Program-made: the position numbers and the translations under genes
Part shown: in pieces, positions 42,719 through 44,291 of the stretch
Numbering within the stretch: position 1 is the first letter of the stretch
How the letters are laid out: the number at the start of each line of letters is the position of its first letter
The notes under the pieces: model-generated
The model's input: the letters and a program-made list of their open reading frames with translations, nothing else
Told to the model about the DNA's origin: nothing
The model's database searches: none
Source: a virus
Virus record (IMG/VR): IMGVR_UViG_3300000976_000022
Span: 1-44,291 of that record
Strand: one strand, 5' to 3'
Length of the DNA: 44,291 nt

Positions 42719-42851
42719 CTGAAGCCCTTTCAAGACTATCTATAATAATTTTAGCAGCCCCGGCTTCCATCATTCTTTTATCACGCATGTAACCAGCAAT
42801 AGAAGATAGCAGTTGTAGGGCGAGTTTAAAAGTTTTAAGCCCGCCCAACAT
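42618..42851 (-). CDS. Hypothetical lysis-cassette protein (77 aa) overlapped at its 3' end by the lipoprotein gene
   Basis: The ATG lies 2 nt after the stop of the holin-like ORF. The N-terminus is amphipathic and the tail acidic. Confidence 0.5.
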   Translation of the reverse strand: MLGGLKTFKLALQLLSSIAGYMRDKRMMEAGAAKIIIDSLERASDETDKAIKSGVVAGKHFDDLDGLPDDQDPNLRD

Positions 42852-42853
42852 TA

Positions 42854-43021
42854 TTAACTACCTGTATCAGTTTTAATACCACTACGTAAAAACGCACCAG
42901 TAAGCAAAGTGAAAACAGTCTGTAGTGTTTGGCCTAGTTCTACATCACCGCTTAAATAAGCGCCAACAGCAGTAACAATACCAACAACAACAGTAATATA
43001 AGTTTTTTTACCTTGTAGCAT
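42854..43021 (-). CDS. Holin-like small membrane protein (55 aa), below the ORF-track cutoff
   Basis: Manual translation gives MLQGKKTYITVVVGIVTAVGAYLSGDVELGQTLQTVFTLLTGAFLRSGIKTDTGS, with two hydrophobic segments. An AAGGA RBS is present. It lies directly after the endolysin gene. Confidence 0.45.
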   Translation of the reverse strand: MLQGKKTYITVVVGIVTAVGAYLSGDVELGQTLQTVFTLLTGAFLRSGIKTDTGS

Positions 43022-43032
43022 GATAACAATCC

Positions 43033-43800
43033 TTATCTTTCATTGCTTGATAATTTTGGTCTTGACCGAATAATAGGTAAACTATCAAAGCCTATTGTAT
43101 TCGGGATTTTTGCAGATTTCGGATAACGAAACGCTACAAATCTTTTTACCTCAAAAGAGGCTTCAGAAACTTTATTTTTTTGATTACCGCCAATACCAAC
43201 TATATTTCCATCTTCATCGCGCCCGGTAATAAATATAACGTGACCTTTACCGTTACCCGGATTACCCCTAGATAATACACCTATAGCGCCTAAACACGGT
43301 TCATTTATATCAACACCATAACTATCATAAGAACGCGCCCTTGCTGATCTGGTAGAAGATATACCACATTCTTCTAATACACTACCCACAAAAGCAGCAC
43401 ACCACGGCGTTTCATCATCTGCAAACCAAGGGCTAAATATACGGGCAAACATATTAACTATTAAAGGATTGTGTTTTGATCCTGCTATTTCAGAAGCCCC
43501 TATATAGGTAGAAGCTACACGTAACCATACAGGTATGTTAGAACGTGTATATAGTCCATCTGATCCGTTTTTTAACTTAACAACCATCTTACGTTCAATA
43601 TTATCTTTGAACAAAGCAGCAAGGGTAAGCGGGCCTAAATACGGTCTAGCTTTATAACCAATAGACTTTTTAAATTTGATAATAGCCTTCTTGGTATTAG
43701 GGCCATTGATACCATCAATAACACCTTTGTAAAAACCTTTAGAGCTTAAAGCCTTTTGTATCTGTATCATGTTGTATGCCATAGGTTGCAATATGCACAT
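43033..43800 (-). CDS. Endolysin: peptidoglycan-binding domain plus TIGR02594/CHAP-NlpC-P60-like peptidase (255 aa; start uncertain among M1/M7/M11)
   Basis: IQKALSSKGFYKGVIDGINGPNTKKAI has the PG_binding_1 pattern. DETPWCAAFV ... KGHVIFI ... GGNQKNKV gives the Cys, His and GGNQ signature. Confidence 0.7.
   Translation of the reverse strand: MCILQPMAYNMIQIQKALSSKGFYKGVIDGINGPNTKKAIIKFKKSIGYKARPYLGPLTLAALFKDNIERKMVVKLKNGSDGLYTRSNIPVWLRVASTYIGASEIAGSKHNPLIVNMFARIFSPWFADDETPWCAAFVGSVLEECGISSTRSARARSYDSYGVDINEPCLGAIGVLSRGNPGNGKGHVIFITGRDEDGNIVGIGGNQKNKVSEASFEVKRFVAFRYPKSAKIPNTIGFDSLPIIRSRPKLSSNER
43058..43067 (+). repeat. GGTCTTGACC motif, copy d (exact)
   Basis: Read directly as attttGGTCTTGACCGAATAAT. 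It lies antisense inside the 3' end of the endolysin gene. Confidence 0.9.
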
Positions 43801-43818
43801 ATATAAAGAATACGCAAC

Positions 43819-43848
43819 AAAAAAAAGCCCGGCATATTAAACCGGGCT
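43819..43848 (-). terminator. Strong rho-independent terminator ending the leftward early transcript
   Basis: On the minus strand AGCCCGG uuuaauaug CCGGGCU is followed by UUUUUUUU. Confidence 0.85.
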
Positions 43849-43874
43849 TCAATTAAATGCGAAAGGGTTAAGAT

Positions 43875-44291
43875 TTAAGCAGCAGGTGCTTCTTTAGCTT
43901 TCTTTGCAGCAGCCGCTTTTGCACGACGATCTGCAATTTTTTGTAGTTGGACTTCACGCGGTTCTACTTCAACACGTGTAATCATAGAACCTTCTAACCC
44001 GCTTGTTTCATCAAGCACAACACGCGCTTGTTTAAACTTGCGTGTAGCTACACCTTCTTCATCTTTATATTGACGGTTAGCAGCGCTAACAGCAGATTGC
44101 ATAGTTTTCCAAGGTTCATTGTTAGGTTCTTCTTCACCGTTAACACCTTTCCAACCAACAGGGATTGAAAAACCTTGACCTACTTGCAGTTGTCCAAACG
44201 GGTATTTAGAAGATCGTGTACGTGTTGATGGTAGTTTTACATTATCTTGGATAACAAAACCTTTTACAACGTTTTCACCTTCACTAGCAGC
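43875..44291 (-). CDS. Lipoprotein, 3' part (continuation of the ORF starting at nt 319; nt 44243-44291 duplicate nt 1-49)
   Basis: The frame is open from the window end to the TAA at 43875. The track lists only the internal-Met fragment 43875..44102. The C-terminus is ...RRAKAAAAKKAKEAPAA. Confidence 0.8.
   Translation of the reverse strand, partial: AASEGENVVKGFVIQDNVKLPSTRTRSSKYPFGQLQVGQGFSIPVGWKGVNGEEEPNNEPWKTMQSAVSAANRQYKDEEGVATRKFKQARVVLDETSGLEGSMITRVEVEPREVQLQKIADRRAKAAAAKKAKEAPAA
44243..44291. repeat. Second copy of the 49-nt terminal overlap
   Basis: Identical to nt 1-49. Confidence 0.95.

Noticed and set aside
43782-43818. Late promoter directly after the early terminator (TTGCGT-18-TATTGC)
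   Set aside because: Both hexamers are poor, and the -10 would sit only a few nt from the possible endolysin start codons. How late transcription initiates remains unresolved from sequence alone.

Overview
This window is the complete genome of an AT-rich tailed dsDNA phage, assembled as a circle. Nt 1-49 are repeated at 44243-44291, so the unique length is 44,242 bp, and one gene reads through the junction. I found no rRNA, tRNA, CRISPR array, integrase or transposase. There are three transcription blocks. (i) A leftward early block runs 7464 -> 370 and on through the junction to a strong terminator at 43819-43848. It holds about 30 mostly small, translationally coupled genes: an HNH endonuclease, an Hjc-like PD-(D/E)xK nuclease, a stand-alone Spo11/Topo VI-A-like protein, a ParB-like nuclease-domain protein, Cys-rich zinc proteins, small membrane peptides and a junction-spanning lipoprotein. 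(ii) A rightward block runs 8232 -> 21139. It holds small early genes, a Sak4-like ATPase, a DUF669-like SSB candidate, a Cas4/RecB-like exonuclease, an SF2 helicase, a DnaN-like clamp candidate and a family-B DNA polymerase. It is interrupted by a leftward HTH + AEP primase-helicase operon (12780 -> 9893). (iii) A leftward late block runs 43800 -> 21221. It holds a lysis cassette, terminase, portal, scaffold, capsid, connectors, a large tail tube, a G/GT chaperone with a -1 frameshift site, the tape measure, a lambda-like M-L-K-J tail tip, a tail fibre and an SGNH/SASA-type esterase. Blocks i and ii diverge from a ~770-bp repeat-rich non-coding control region. The most unusual items are: (a) a translationally coupled cassette built around an A-subunit-only Spo11/Topo VI-A-like protein and a ParB-like nuclease; (b) a ~20-bp quasi-palindromic motif with core GGTCTTGACC, in four exact and one near-exact copies scattered over the genome; (c) a ~300-bp non-coding island containing a promoter-to-terminator unit that looks like a ~110-nt small RNA; (d) a lipoprotein gene hidden by the contig junction. 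All functional calls rest on motif recognition by eye and on gene order. No database search was run.
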